This document shows positions 11,855 through 22,904 of a stretch of DNA of 64,000 bases, in pieces. The stretch is from contig JBLWGC010000104.1 of the NCBI GenBank assembly GCA_048772705.1, forward strand, positions 124,001 through 188,000. Reading direction: 5' to 3'. Positions within the stretch are counted from its first letter, which is position 1. Each line of letters begins with the position of its first letter. The position numbers were made by a program, and so were the translations under genes. The notes under the pieces are model-generated. The model saw only the letters and a list, made by a program, of their open reading frames with translations. It did no database searches and was not told the DNA's origin. The DNA is from Leidyana gryllorum EB-2025a. Taxonomy: Eukaryota; Protista; Apicomplexa.

Positions 11855-14800
11855 ATGGTGCTAGTTATCGAGCCATGGCACATTGGTGGGACCCAGCAAC
11901 AATTCTACCAGCCCAGAGAGGTACCTCTCCAACTTGTACAGAACATCAAGTTTGACGCCATCAACTTCTTTCTGCCGTGTAAGCATCATGATTCTCATGT
12001 CGGCGATTGAAGCAACGTGTGCCAGGGCTCTCTTTTAATGTTCCCGACATTGACGGTCTCAAGCCTGGAGTTTCTAATACTCAACAATGCCAATTGGCGT
12101 TAGACATCTTTGGGAGTGTCGATATCCCGCGGACACACAAGACCACACATTTCACTCAGAATGTTTTGAGTTACTATCAGACTCACAATGACTCCGTTCA
12201 CGCTTGCAGCTGCTGCGACGTAGAGCTGCCGCGGGTGTACATCACGCACCTGCTGTTGGTATTGCACATGGCAATAGCCAGTTTGCGCCCTCTAGGGCAA
12301 GAATATACCTATGACACTCACCGCGCAAGCGTTGCTTCCTCAGTGTCAATGGCTACGTCGGTGGTCAAATGTCAATTGGATGTGTGCCCTGACCACTGTA
12401 TAATGTTCTTCCTGAACAGTCTGGAAGCCGCGACCGAACGGTGAGTAAATGGTGAGATCTTCAGATTGTCGTGTCAGCTTTTCTCACAGTACCAGCTGGA
12501 CTGGCGAGACACGTCGACGGGTGCGGAGCGACATTATGACTTACTATTTGACTCTTCTGGCGTTCACGAGGTCGGTGACTTTCTTTCGATCGCTCAGCTC
12601 ACTGTTTGTCTCAGCCGCTTGACCCTGTTGCACTCTGCCTCCCTGCGGCCCGAAGATCTGGATGGCACTAAGCTATGGAAACAGAGTGATCACGATTGGA
12701 TCGCCGATGGTCTCAAACTCTGGAGATCGGCGCGAATGGGTGAGTGCCGAGGCCACTCTCACAGCTTACGACTCTCTTGGCGTTTCGGCAGATCCACACC
12801 TATTGAGTAAAACTTGCCGAGCTCGCGACCCTTCTTTCTGCGCTGAGGTTGACGGATTGAGTCGGATGCCTTATCTCCTCTCTCTTCCCCGAAAGTCGGC
12901 TGAAGTGGCCGAGCAACTGCAGATCGGTTTGGTCGAAGTCGCCCAGCAGCTCTGTGTTGTGGCTCAAACTCTGGCCTTCCCGAGCTTCACTGGGGCCCTC
13001 CGCCGTCTCATCGAATCAGTCGTCTGTTCGTTCTCCAACGAGCTGACGAAGGTGCTGCTGGAGTCTCCTGATGTTATGGGAATAATGAATGTCCCATCGG
13101 TTCTGTTAGAGGGGGCGTACACTAAGCACGGGCCCGGCTGTGTGTCAGTGTTGATCCCAATGTCGTACATCTCCCCGGTCTCCTCAGTAACAAAGACGTC
13201 GTTGCTCTCGAACAAGTTACTCAAAGATGAAGTTCTTCGGTTCCCCATCATATGGCAGGTACCCTGCAACGTTTGGGATTTGTCGGGTGTCGGCTGCTGT
13301 GAGCAATTCTGTCAGCAGCTGCGGTTCGATCTCAAGAAGAATCATCCCAATATATCCGATAGGGCTCAAATCGCACTCCTAATGTGTCTCCTGGGCGGTG
13401 TTCTCGCTCACCCGACCCAAGATCCCACACGTCTCCAAGTGGCCTCGGCTTTGACTTTGGGTCTCCGCAAAGTCATCTCCGGCGGTGCCAAAGACTTGCC
13501 GTATATCGACCGCGCCGCTCAGCGGTCGCCGCTGTATCACATTGTCTTTGAGGCTCACTCGTTGCTTCACGAGAAGGAGAAATACGGAGACAGTCGAGAA
13601 GCCAACACTGTGGATCTCCTTTTGAACCCCAGTCCCACTGTTCTGGAAACAATCCTCAGACTTTGTGGTCCCGCAGATGTCACGGGACAAGTTATGGACG
13701 ATATTCTGTATCAAGCCGTCCTGACCGCGCCAATAGTCGGAGAAGCGCTCCCAGGAGGTCTGGTGGCCTTCTACATGTTGGCTCGTCTCCGCCAGTCCGA
13801 GCCCCCCAGTCGTTACAATTACCGCCTCGCCAAAGGAGTCGCCGCCACTGTCTCAAAGATATGTTTCTGCGACTGGCGGGCCACCCGTGAAATTGCCGTG
13901 GATCGACTCGCTCAACTCTGGGCAGCTTCACAGTCCGCTGATGAGTGGACCAAGTTCTTCTCAATTGCAGCGCTCCAGTGTGGACGAGTGGCTGAGTTCT
14001 TCGATTACGCCGCCATATCAGAGTGTGTCAGCTTCATTTGGATCAATCAGCAGTCTCGACTCCCGAGTATACACTACCTCAGCTTACTGGCCTGGTGGGT
14101 CTTTGTCACCAAGGACACCAATGCCTTCCTGTGGCTGGACATTAATGGCCCTATCGACCTCACCTCCCAGGCTGTCCCCGACTACGACTACACACCTCCC
14201 GCCAACACTCGTTACTTGGAAGCCAGAATACGACTGGTAAGTCCACCCCTCCCAACACACACACACACACACACACACACTTTTCTTTGCTCGCAGATCA
14301 TCGAGGCTTTGGCTCGTTGTCACGATGATATGGAGGACGTTGCATTGGCTTTGCGGATCCTTACGCGAGGTTTGGTTTTGCATCCGTGGGATTTGTCGGC
14401 TCCAAGTTTGCGGGAGTTTGCTCTCTGTATTCTTGATCGGGCTTTGGGGGCCTTGAAGGAAGGCAATCTGGCCAGTTCGACAAAGGAGCATTTACTGTGG
14501 ACACGGCAGTATGCCGTCGTGGCGTTGATGCGTAACTCTTCTGCGGGCAGTATCACTTTGTTCTGCCGTCTTCTGGACCCTGCCACCCGACTGGGCGCCC
14601 GTGGTGAGTATATCAGTATCGGCGGCAGCACTAATACAACGATGATTTTCCCGGATTAGATCTCTCGGCGGAGGAGCGAGCCGAGCTGAGCGAAGTTCAA
14701 AGTTTGTTGATATATTTGGCCAAATCTGTCCAGGACAAGAGGGCGAAACGCTCTCTTTTCAAGATCTGCAGTGTGTTATACGAACAAATAATGGTATCAT

Positions 14801-17800
14801 ACAATCTGATCAAAGCTGCGTGTCCAATGGTCAAAGATATGCTGCAAGCGGCAGAAGAGCTGACGAACGATGGTGACTTTCTGGCGGGTCTCAACACACT
14901 GTCCGCTTTCGGGTTGATGGAATCTTTGATCAGTTTCCAAGTGTCTGCGCGGATGTGCATTCCCAGCATGTTCACCCCCTCCACCGTCTACACGCCCTCG
15001 GCAGAGCTCGTCTTTCATCCGGACAATATGATTCTGTTGGAACAGCTCATACAGAAGCATTTGATACCGGCAGCACACGAGCCTTACACACACTTGGTGG
15101 CTGACGCCTTGCGGAGCGAGCTGCGGGATGACAGAAACTCGCCGGCGATGCGATGGATTTGGGAACTGAGCCGTCAGAGGCCGCCTGTGAAGAGTGCTCT
15201 GCAGAAGAGCGGCACGTTGGCAATGTCAACGGCCACTGGGAGCCAAGGCAACTCGGAGGGATTGCACCAAGAGTTATTACACCTCATTACCGAATTGACA
15301 AAAGGCCAAGAAGACAGAGTCCCCGCGATCTGGAGACCATTCTTTGTCGGAACGGTTTGGTTTGCTGAAGTGGCCGCTGTGGCACTCTTCCGAGTGCTCT
15401 TAGATGTGACTCGTCGCAACACTCGAGGAGTTCTGGTGGGTCAGCGGCAAGGAAGTATTGCCTCATACCTTTCAGCCGAGTGATCGGAATACTTTGGTCA
15501 GTTTGGTGAAACTCGCTGAGCGCAGCAAATCGAGTGGAGGGGCCTCAGAGGCGGCACGTCTCCTGTGGGTGGTAGTGTTCAACGTGAGTCGACCCGTTGT
15601 CGTTGAGTGCTGAAGGTTCTTTTATCGCAGGCGGTGCTATGGCTTCGTCGTTACCGGGCGCGTTCGGTCGATAAACTTCCGGACGTTCCCCGGGCGACGC
15701 CGTATGTGCCCAAACAGGCGACGCCAAAGGAGTACAGATATCTGCAGAACACCGATACTGTCCTGGAGATTCTGGATTATGACTTTCTCAAGACGCTCGC
15801 GCGACTGTCAGGAGATCCAGTGAGGTGAGGGGGCGGTGTGGGAGTGGGGAGGGTTCAAACTTGTCCGGTTTCAGACAATCTATGGCGAAACAGGACGAGT
15901 GGTTGTGGTCGTTGAATTGGTCGACTCGAAAGTTTGACAATACCCACGCGTCTCAGCGTCGGAACTGCTGGTTTAAGCAGCTGTTCGAGGCAAAAATGTA
16001 CAAATCCGGAGCCAAATCGTCGTATGTGGTCGTCTATTCCCCCGTGCTGGGCGCCGCGGCGGCCGGAGACGTGGGCCAGGAATGCGGAGAGGACGAAATG
16101 AGTTCGCTGAGTTGGGACGCCGCCAACAGCTTACTGACAATGGGCTACGAAGACGCTCTAAGTCTCCTGCGACACGACACAATGCCAAAGGATATCCTCT
16201 TAGCTCCGATCCGGCGGGGACTCGAGACTGTTCCCCGCAAAGAACTGGAGGATCTGGTCCACAAGACTCTGTTGTGCGAGGCAGTGCCGGCCGGGCCGTC
16301 GCCAGCGACCACTCCTCCAGTGACGGAGAACTTTGGTTATCTCGGATGGTCGTGGGTGCTCAAGAATGACTCCCAACTGCAGTTCGCCAGTCCTCAGACT
16401 TCACGTGTGCTGCGCTACTTGGCTCAACGTCAAGTGTCTGAGGATCATCAACGCACACACTGTTTGCTGTGGCAGGCACTGGCAACCGCTCAGGCTATAC
16501 AGCGAGTGGATGGGGTCTCAGTTGCCGGATGGCCCTCAAACGCGTCCGGTATTACTCCCACACATTCAAAGGTGACCTCGATTTCGGATTTGGTCCCGAA
16601 GGACCCGGTGGCAAGTCAGACGGTTTTGAATGAGCCTTTGGTGGTTCGAGATTTCCTGTTTCTCAATCACTTGGCGACGGTGGGAACATCTGCCGTCTCG
16701 AGCAACAGTCCTAAGCTGGAGATGATGAGACTTAAGGGTATGTTGAGTATTGCTCAACAGTACCAATGGCCGCTGTCGTGGGCGTATGTACTCTTTAACA
16801 TTGGCCGACTGTGTCAGACTTTCCCACATTTGCTTCCTATTTGGACGAATTGTGAACTGCGGTATCGAAGCAGTGTCTGTCCGACTGAGACCAATCCGAG
16901 CCATCCCGCTACCAATCTCAGACCTCTCCACTATTTGATTGACTTTTTCAGACAAAAGAGCACTGGCAGCCATGTTGACGGTCTCGCGATCGGTCTGGAT
17001 CAGATCGGTGGCGGCACAGCCATCTCTCTGCCGCCCCCGCCGCCAATGCCCAAAGAGCTCTCCGACGCCATCGCGTTGTTGGAGTTCCACACCTCCCTAA
17101 AGGTCAACAAGAAGAAACAGACCGAATTGACCGGCAGTCTCAAGGAAGCCGAAACACTCATTGCCGAAGTACCCAACTATCAGGAATTGCACTTCAAGTT
17201 GGGCCGGGCCTACGAGAAGATACTCGAGAGATGGACTCGTCCCTCTTTCATGAGAATGCTCTTCCCCTCCTATCGCTTGAAGGATGGACCCATACCGCTC
17301 GACCTCATTCAAAAGATCTTTGTCCAATCCCTCCCCTCAGAGACCTCAACCGATACTATGGCCACAGTCACTCAAAAGGCGATCAGCCACTATCTGGAAG
17401 CCGCCAGGCGCGACGTCAGACGCGCACCGCTCGCCCTTCTGAGAGTGTTCGAAATCATGAGCCGCTTCACAGGAGGACTCTTGGACTATGACAGTGTATA
17501 CCAAAAAGCCTTCTACGGCCAGGGACTCGCCAAAGTCTTCATCGAAACTGTCCTGAGTCAACTGTACCCCCATTTGGCCGCTGTTCCCATAGCCTGTTGG
17601 TACAGAATTCTCCATCCCCTCGTCAGTCGGATCAATCATCCCCACCTCGACACCAGAGTCATACGTCCTCTGGTGGCCGCCTGTTTGGTCGCCTTCCCCA
17701 CTCGCGCCGCCTGGGTACTCCAGACAGTCGGTGGCCGCAGCACCGCCCTCGGACAGGCATCCATAAAGCGAGTGCTCGAGCTGGCGAAAATAATGGTGCG

Positions 17801-19711
17801 AAGGTCACCTTCGACCGGAACCATCGCCGATCTCGGCACTTCGTGTCTCGTTGATGGAATGACGCCCCACCTCATCAAAGCCAACTTGACCACTAACATC
17901 AGAGATATGGCTGACGCATTGGATGTGGTCGAGAAACTCGGCGCGCTCCTCACCGAGCTCATCCCGGAACCAAAGGAGAAAGTACCGCTGCCGCCACCGG
18001 GCGAATTCAAACTGAGCAAAGCCGATCCTTCCACGTGGAAAGAACTTACTGTGTTACTCTCCAAAAATATACCAGTCTGTCTACCCATCAAGTCGCAACT
18101 TGACCCAGAACATCTATGGCCCGCCGATAGCCCAGGATTCGTCGACAAGACTCGCTGTGCAAATGAGACCACACTGGCCTCCCCAATATATGGACCGACT
18201 CTGCTCAGTTCTGCAAACTTTATGAATGCTTGGCATGATCTCTTCCGGCCTGCGTCTGCTCGCATAGAGCCCCTTCCGCTACCAGTTGATCCCGTTCCGG
18301 CTGAAGCTGATATATTCCCGCCCCTCATCGGCTTCCAGGCCTTCAGAGACGATATCAAAGTCTTCCCCAGCAAACAACGGCCCAAAAGGGTCACTGTCGT
18401 CGGCACCGACGGTTATCACTACAAATTCCTCCTCAAGCGCGAGGAGTACGGTGATCTGCGCAAAGACAATCGTATGCAAGAGTTCGTCAACCGTGTCGGC
18501 CCATGGTGTCCCCGGGTAGAGCCCCTTACGACATTCTATGTCGCCTGCATCTCCGCCACTTGCGGAATTATTGAATGGATTGACAATCTCACGTCTGTTG
18601 ACAGCATCAAGGACGGTTTCATCGATCCTCAATTTGAGGATTTGGCTCACGAAGGCCTGATGGTCCTCCATGAACGCAACAGATCGCCTCCCGAGATGCT
18701 CAGTGCTTTCCTGCAAGTGTGCGCCTTCTCTCCACCGGGAATGCATCACTGGTTCGTGGACACCTTTGGGCACAATCCGACATCCTGGCTGCGCGCCAGA
18801 GCTCGGTATATATCATCCATGGCCTCCTGGAGCATGATCGGATTCTTAACGGGACTCGGAGACCGGTATGTACGCTCTTCACTGTGCCCCTAACTCACGT
18901 CTCCCTCCCCACGCGCTCGCACACGCACACACACGCGAACACGGGTGCTCTTGCCTCACTTGTCGTTCATTTGGAATTCCTTCTTCAGGCATTGTCAAAA
19001 TATTCTGATCAATTCCACTACTGGGGAAGCCGTTCATGTCGACTTTGATTGCATATTTGGCAAAGGATTGGGTCTGCGATACCCAGAGGTATGGTGATTG
19101 GTGTTGTCCTGCTTGATACGGAGGATCGGTTTTGTTGCAGCTTGTACCGTTCCGTCTGACGCAAGCGCTGACAGACGGGTTGGGAGTGCACGGAGTTGAA
19201 GGAAAATTCCAGGAGCAATGCCGACATGTGCTGCAGGCGCTACGGAGTCACGGGAATGATGTGTTGACGTATATGAGCAGCTTTGTGCACGATCCGTTGG
19301 TGAATTGGTCGACAAGTCGGTCGGTACACAACGTAAGTGCGGTTGGGATGAATGTGTTGATTGTGTGTTGAAGCCATCACTGGAGAAGATGGAAATGATG
19401 TCCGTTATACGGGACATGTCTTCAAAATTGGATGGGTTACTGAACTTTCGAGCGCCGATATCATCGGCTATTGCCCTGTTGATGACCAGTCATTTGGGTA
19501 CGGGGATGGTGGACATTTCGAGCGCGATGAACTCTCCCGAGCGCCCAAAGGCATCTGTGAGTTTGAGTTTTGTTTGTGTTATATCTTGTGTGATCAGGAG
19601 TGGTCGGATCGCGAGATGAGTGTAGAAGAGCAGGTGACGGAGCTGATTCGGGCGGCCACGTGCCCCGGAAACTTATCGTTGATGTACATAGGGTGGACTG
19701 GATGGATTTGA
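11855..19711 (+). CDS. ATR: ATR/Mec1-like PIKK checkpoint kinase (multi-exon; 5' exons less certain)
   Basis: Kinase domain SKQRPKRV..GTDG...DLRKDNRMQEF, WSMIGFLTGLGDRH, VHVDFDCIFGKG, VPFRLTQ, FVHDPLVNW; FATC SVEEQVTELIRAATCPGNLSLMYIGW. Upstream helical ORFs splice in frame. Confidence 0.85.
14255..14280 (+). repeat. (CA)n microsatellite inside a 60-nt ATR intron (14237-14296)
   Basis: About 13 AC units seen directly. Confidence 0.9.
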
Positions 19712-19787
19712 TATGGGACGGATGGGTTTGTTGAGTCTTTTTGCACTGGTACTTTTAAATTTTTGTTGCTGAAGGACAGTTGAAATT

Positions 19788-20288
19788 ATGGCGGCGAGTG
19801 AGGCGGCTACAATGGACCAACGCACCATTGAGGAGGCACGCGAGAAGATGCGAGCCCAGCTCGGTGGCCGCCAGAGAGGCAAGAAGGGCAGCACTCGTAT
19901 CGCTCCTCGTGTGGTCCCGACGGAGAAGGGTGAGAGTGACCGTCTCAGAACTGCTCTCAAGAAGATGAACCTTGCCAGCATCGGCGCGATAGAGGAGGTG
20001 GTGTTGCACAAGTCTGATAACACTGCTCTCCATTTCAGTAACCCCAAAGTCAGTCTCGATCCCCGTTCGAACTTGACTGCTATAACCGGTGCCTATGAGG
20101 TCAAAAAGGCGGGCCACATCCCAGAGTTCCTGCAAAAGTTCAAAGAGCAGCTCAATGTTCAGCAGTTGGCCGCTGCCCAGAAGGCTGAAGGCGACGAAGA
20201 GATTCCAGATCTTGTGAACGACTTTGAGGCCGTTGCCGATGAGGGGGACAAGAAGACTGACGACAAGCAGCTGGAGGATGTCGAATAG
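19788..20288 (+). CDS. BTF3: Nascent polypeptide-associated complex beta subunit (BTF3)
   Basis: GKKGSTR, LRTALKKMN..IGAIEEV, LHFSNPKV, ITG, EEIPDLVNDFE. Confidence 0.93.
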   Translation: MAASEAATMDQRTIEEAREKMRAQLGGRQRGKKGSTRIAPRVVPTEKGESDRLRTALKKMNLASIGAIEEVVLHKSDNTALHFSNPKVSLDPRSNLTAITGAYEVKKAGHIPEFLQKFKEQLNVQQLAAAQKAEGDEEIPDLVNDFEAVADEGDKKTDDKQLEDVE

Positions 20289-20365
20289 ACATGTATCATG
20301 ATCTTTTTCGTCCACACTCGCACATAAACCTTCAATCCTTCACACTGAACCGTATAAACTTGAAC

Positions 20366-22264
20366 ATGGACCTTTTTCAGGCAGTAAAACTCGTTGTCTT
20401 CGAGCCCATATACACACTCGTAGGCCACTCCCGCCCGCCAGAACCTGCTCTCACTCGCCCCGCAGCTCATTGGTGGACCCCTCGTCATCCTACTCATCCA
20501 GCCCACCCTCTTATTCCTTCGAAGCCTCATTGGACAAGTCCGACACCTGGAACGAGAGGAACTTATAGAGTACGCCAAGGATACTTTGCTGGATATCTTC
20601 GCTATCTTATTGGTCGGCACACATGAGTTCAACATCACGCGTTGGAGCCGCCTCGGAGTCGCATTCCTCGCTGCCATTATTGCCCTCAAGTGCTTACACC
20701 ACCTAATACAAATACGACTCAGTCATGTGAGCTCACTGGACTCACTACTCCTCACTCATTCTCACCCAACAGCTGCATGAGGCAGGTCTTACAGACGAAA
20801 ACGCGCTGTCGCGGTTGAGTCGACTCATCTTATCCTTCCAAATCGTTTCATTCACTCTGCTCAAGCTTGCGACCACCTTGACCACTGGAGCCCACTCCGA
20901 CCGATTCATTCTGGCCGAGCTGCTTGGTCAAGGCCTTTTATCTGTCATTGCCATCATCAGACTGGCAACTCTGTATGTACACTTCTCCCTAGAAGCTCAT
21001 TCGCCAGATGGAAATGGCTGGCCTTTGAAAAGCGACTTTTGGTTCGCCCTCGATCTGTGTTCTGACATCACGGCCCTAACTGTATGGATCTTCGTAAGTG
21101 ACTGACTACACACACGTGTGTGCTGTGCTCTGCCGTGTCTCTTACGGGAGGGCTTGCTCATACATTCACCTTTGTAGATCTACTTTGATGGTCCCACCCC
21201 GATGCTCTCAGCCGTGGGCTATTTACAGATGCAAACAGTAAGTCACGCTTTGGGGGAAAGGGCAAACTCATCGGCAATCGTAGCTGGCTCGACAGGTGTA
21301 TCGACGCGTGACTGCTTTCTTCCGCTACAGATCATTGACTGCCCGATTAGGAGCAGAGTAAGTGGGAATGCAGAGTGGTTTGGGCCCGAAATTGTGTCCC
21401 GTTTGTGATGAATGAATGAATGTTCCGGCGTATGCATGTGCCCTGTGCAGTAGTTTGGTGTTCGGTTTCGTTGCAATACTTTGTTTGTATCCTTTACTCT
21501 CCTATGTAATCACTTGTTTGCAGTTTCCCAGACGCATCTCTCGACGAGCTTGAGAACGCCGATGTGTGCATCATCTGTCGCGACTTGCTTACTATAGGCT
21601 GCAAGAAGCTGACCTGTGGACATATCCTTCACTTTGACTGCCTGAAGTAAGTTTTTACTGACAGAGTGGGGCGTTCAGAACAGGACTTGGTGCACAGGAG
21701 CTGGTTTATGCATCATCAAAGCTGTCCAACTTGTCGGGCTGATATAGTGCTTCCTACTGGTACTGGAGAAGGTGCGAAACCGAGGGAACCCCCGGCGACG
21801 GAGGGCACTGGTGAAGGAGTCGAGCCCGGGTGGAGGCCCGGAGTGGAGGCACGTTATGAGGGGGAGGTAGAGTTGTCAAGTGGAAATGTATTACGGGGCA
21901 CAAACGCGTTGGCATTGAATGAGGTGTTGGCAGAGGCTGAAGATCCAGCGGAGGGTTCTGGGGCAGATGGGAGCCGAAGGCGTGGCGGTGCGAGTACGGG
22001 TGGATCTCGATGGCGTACTTTCTTTCTCGGGGCTCGAAGGCGAGGCGAGCCGGCAGCGAATTCCCAAGATTCGGATGATACTGAGGAGAAGAAGGTGACG
22101 GCTGATCAGTTGCGTGGCGTACTTGGAGGGGTAGGTTACTACTAAGTTTATGTTGTGTGTTGACATGTTGTCCATATGATTCTGGTGTGGGCTTGCAGAT
22201 GAGTGAGCAGCAGAAGTTGCTTAGTCGTTTGATGGATGAACTGGATATGCGTGGGGGTTGCTGA
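20366..22264 (+). CDS. HRD1: HRD1/gp78-like multi-TM RING-H2 E3 ubiquitin ligase (3' end uncertain)
   Basis: GQVRHLERE...LKCLHHLIQIR N-terminal TM region; FPDAS..EL...DVCIICRD...KKLTCGHILHFDCLKSWFMHHQSCPTCRADI after splicing. Confidence 0.85.
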
Positions 22265-22904
22265 CAGGGGACGGAGTAGGAGGGGCGGCAGGTCATTCGT
22301 CTCTTATTTGGCCGCCGTGGGCTCCCCGGCCAAGCTTGCGGTCTTGCATGATATCTATGAGTGCGATGGGAGAGTATCCAAGGTGGCGAGGAGGTGTCAA
22401 AATTACCTTTGCCGGAGTCCCAATCACAACGAATTATACGGCCATCACAAACTGAGCCATTGAGTATGGTGTGCGCATAGGAGGCCTCTTCGTGCGTGGC
22501 AAACCTGTGCGAATTGAGACAAGTTTGTGGGTGACACTTACTGCACGAACGCGAAGCCGCAGGGGTGCCGCTGATTACGGTTGAGGCCCATTACGACCCG
22601 CACCAGTACCCCACAGGTTGAGAAATGTTCATATATTTGCTCTTCAGTACAGTAGAAAGACAAATTCCCAACATATAGTGTGGTTGAGTCCTTCAACGCT
22701 TGGAACCACTCTTCGGGAGACCTGGACTTTGCGATAAGTGAAAAGTATTTGACATCAACCGTCCTAACCTATAGGTCTTGCGATCCCAGTAGTGGGATTT
22801 ATTACCGAGGTCTCGATAGAGGTGGGCCATCGCAACTCTGCCAGCAAATATTTTCAGCCTGAAAATGGACTTTAGACGACCCAATATTCTTGAACAACAA
22901 CATA

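Noticed and set aside
21405-21523. GTGATGA box-C motif in the HRD1 intron
   Set aside because: No downstream CTGA box D within the intron
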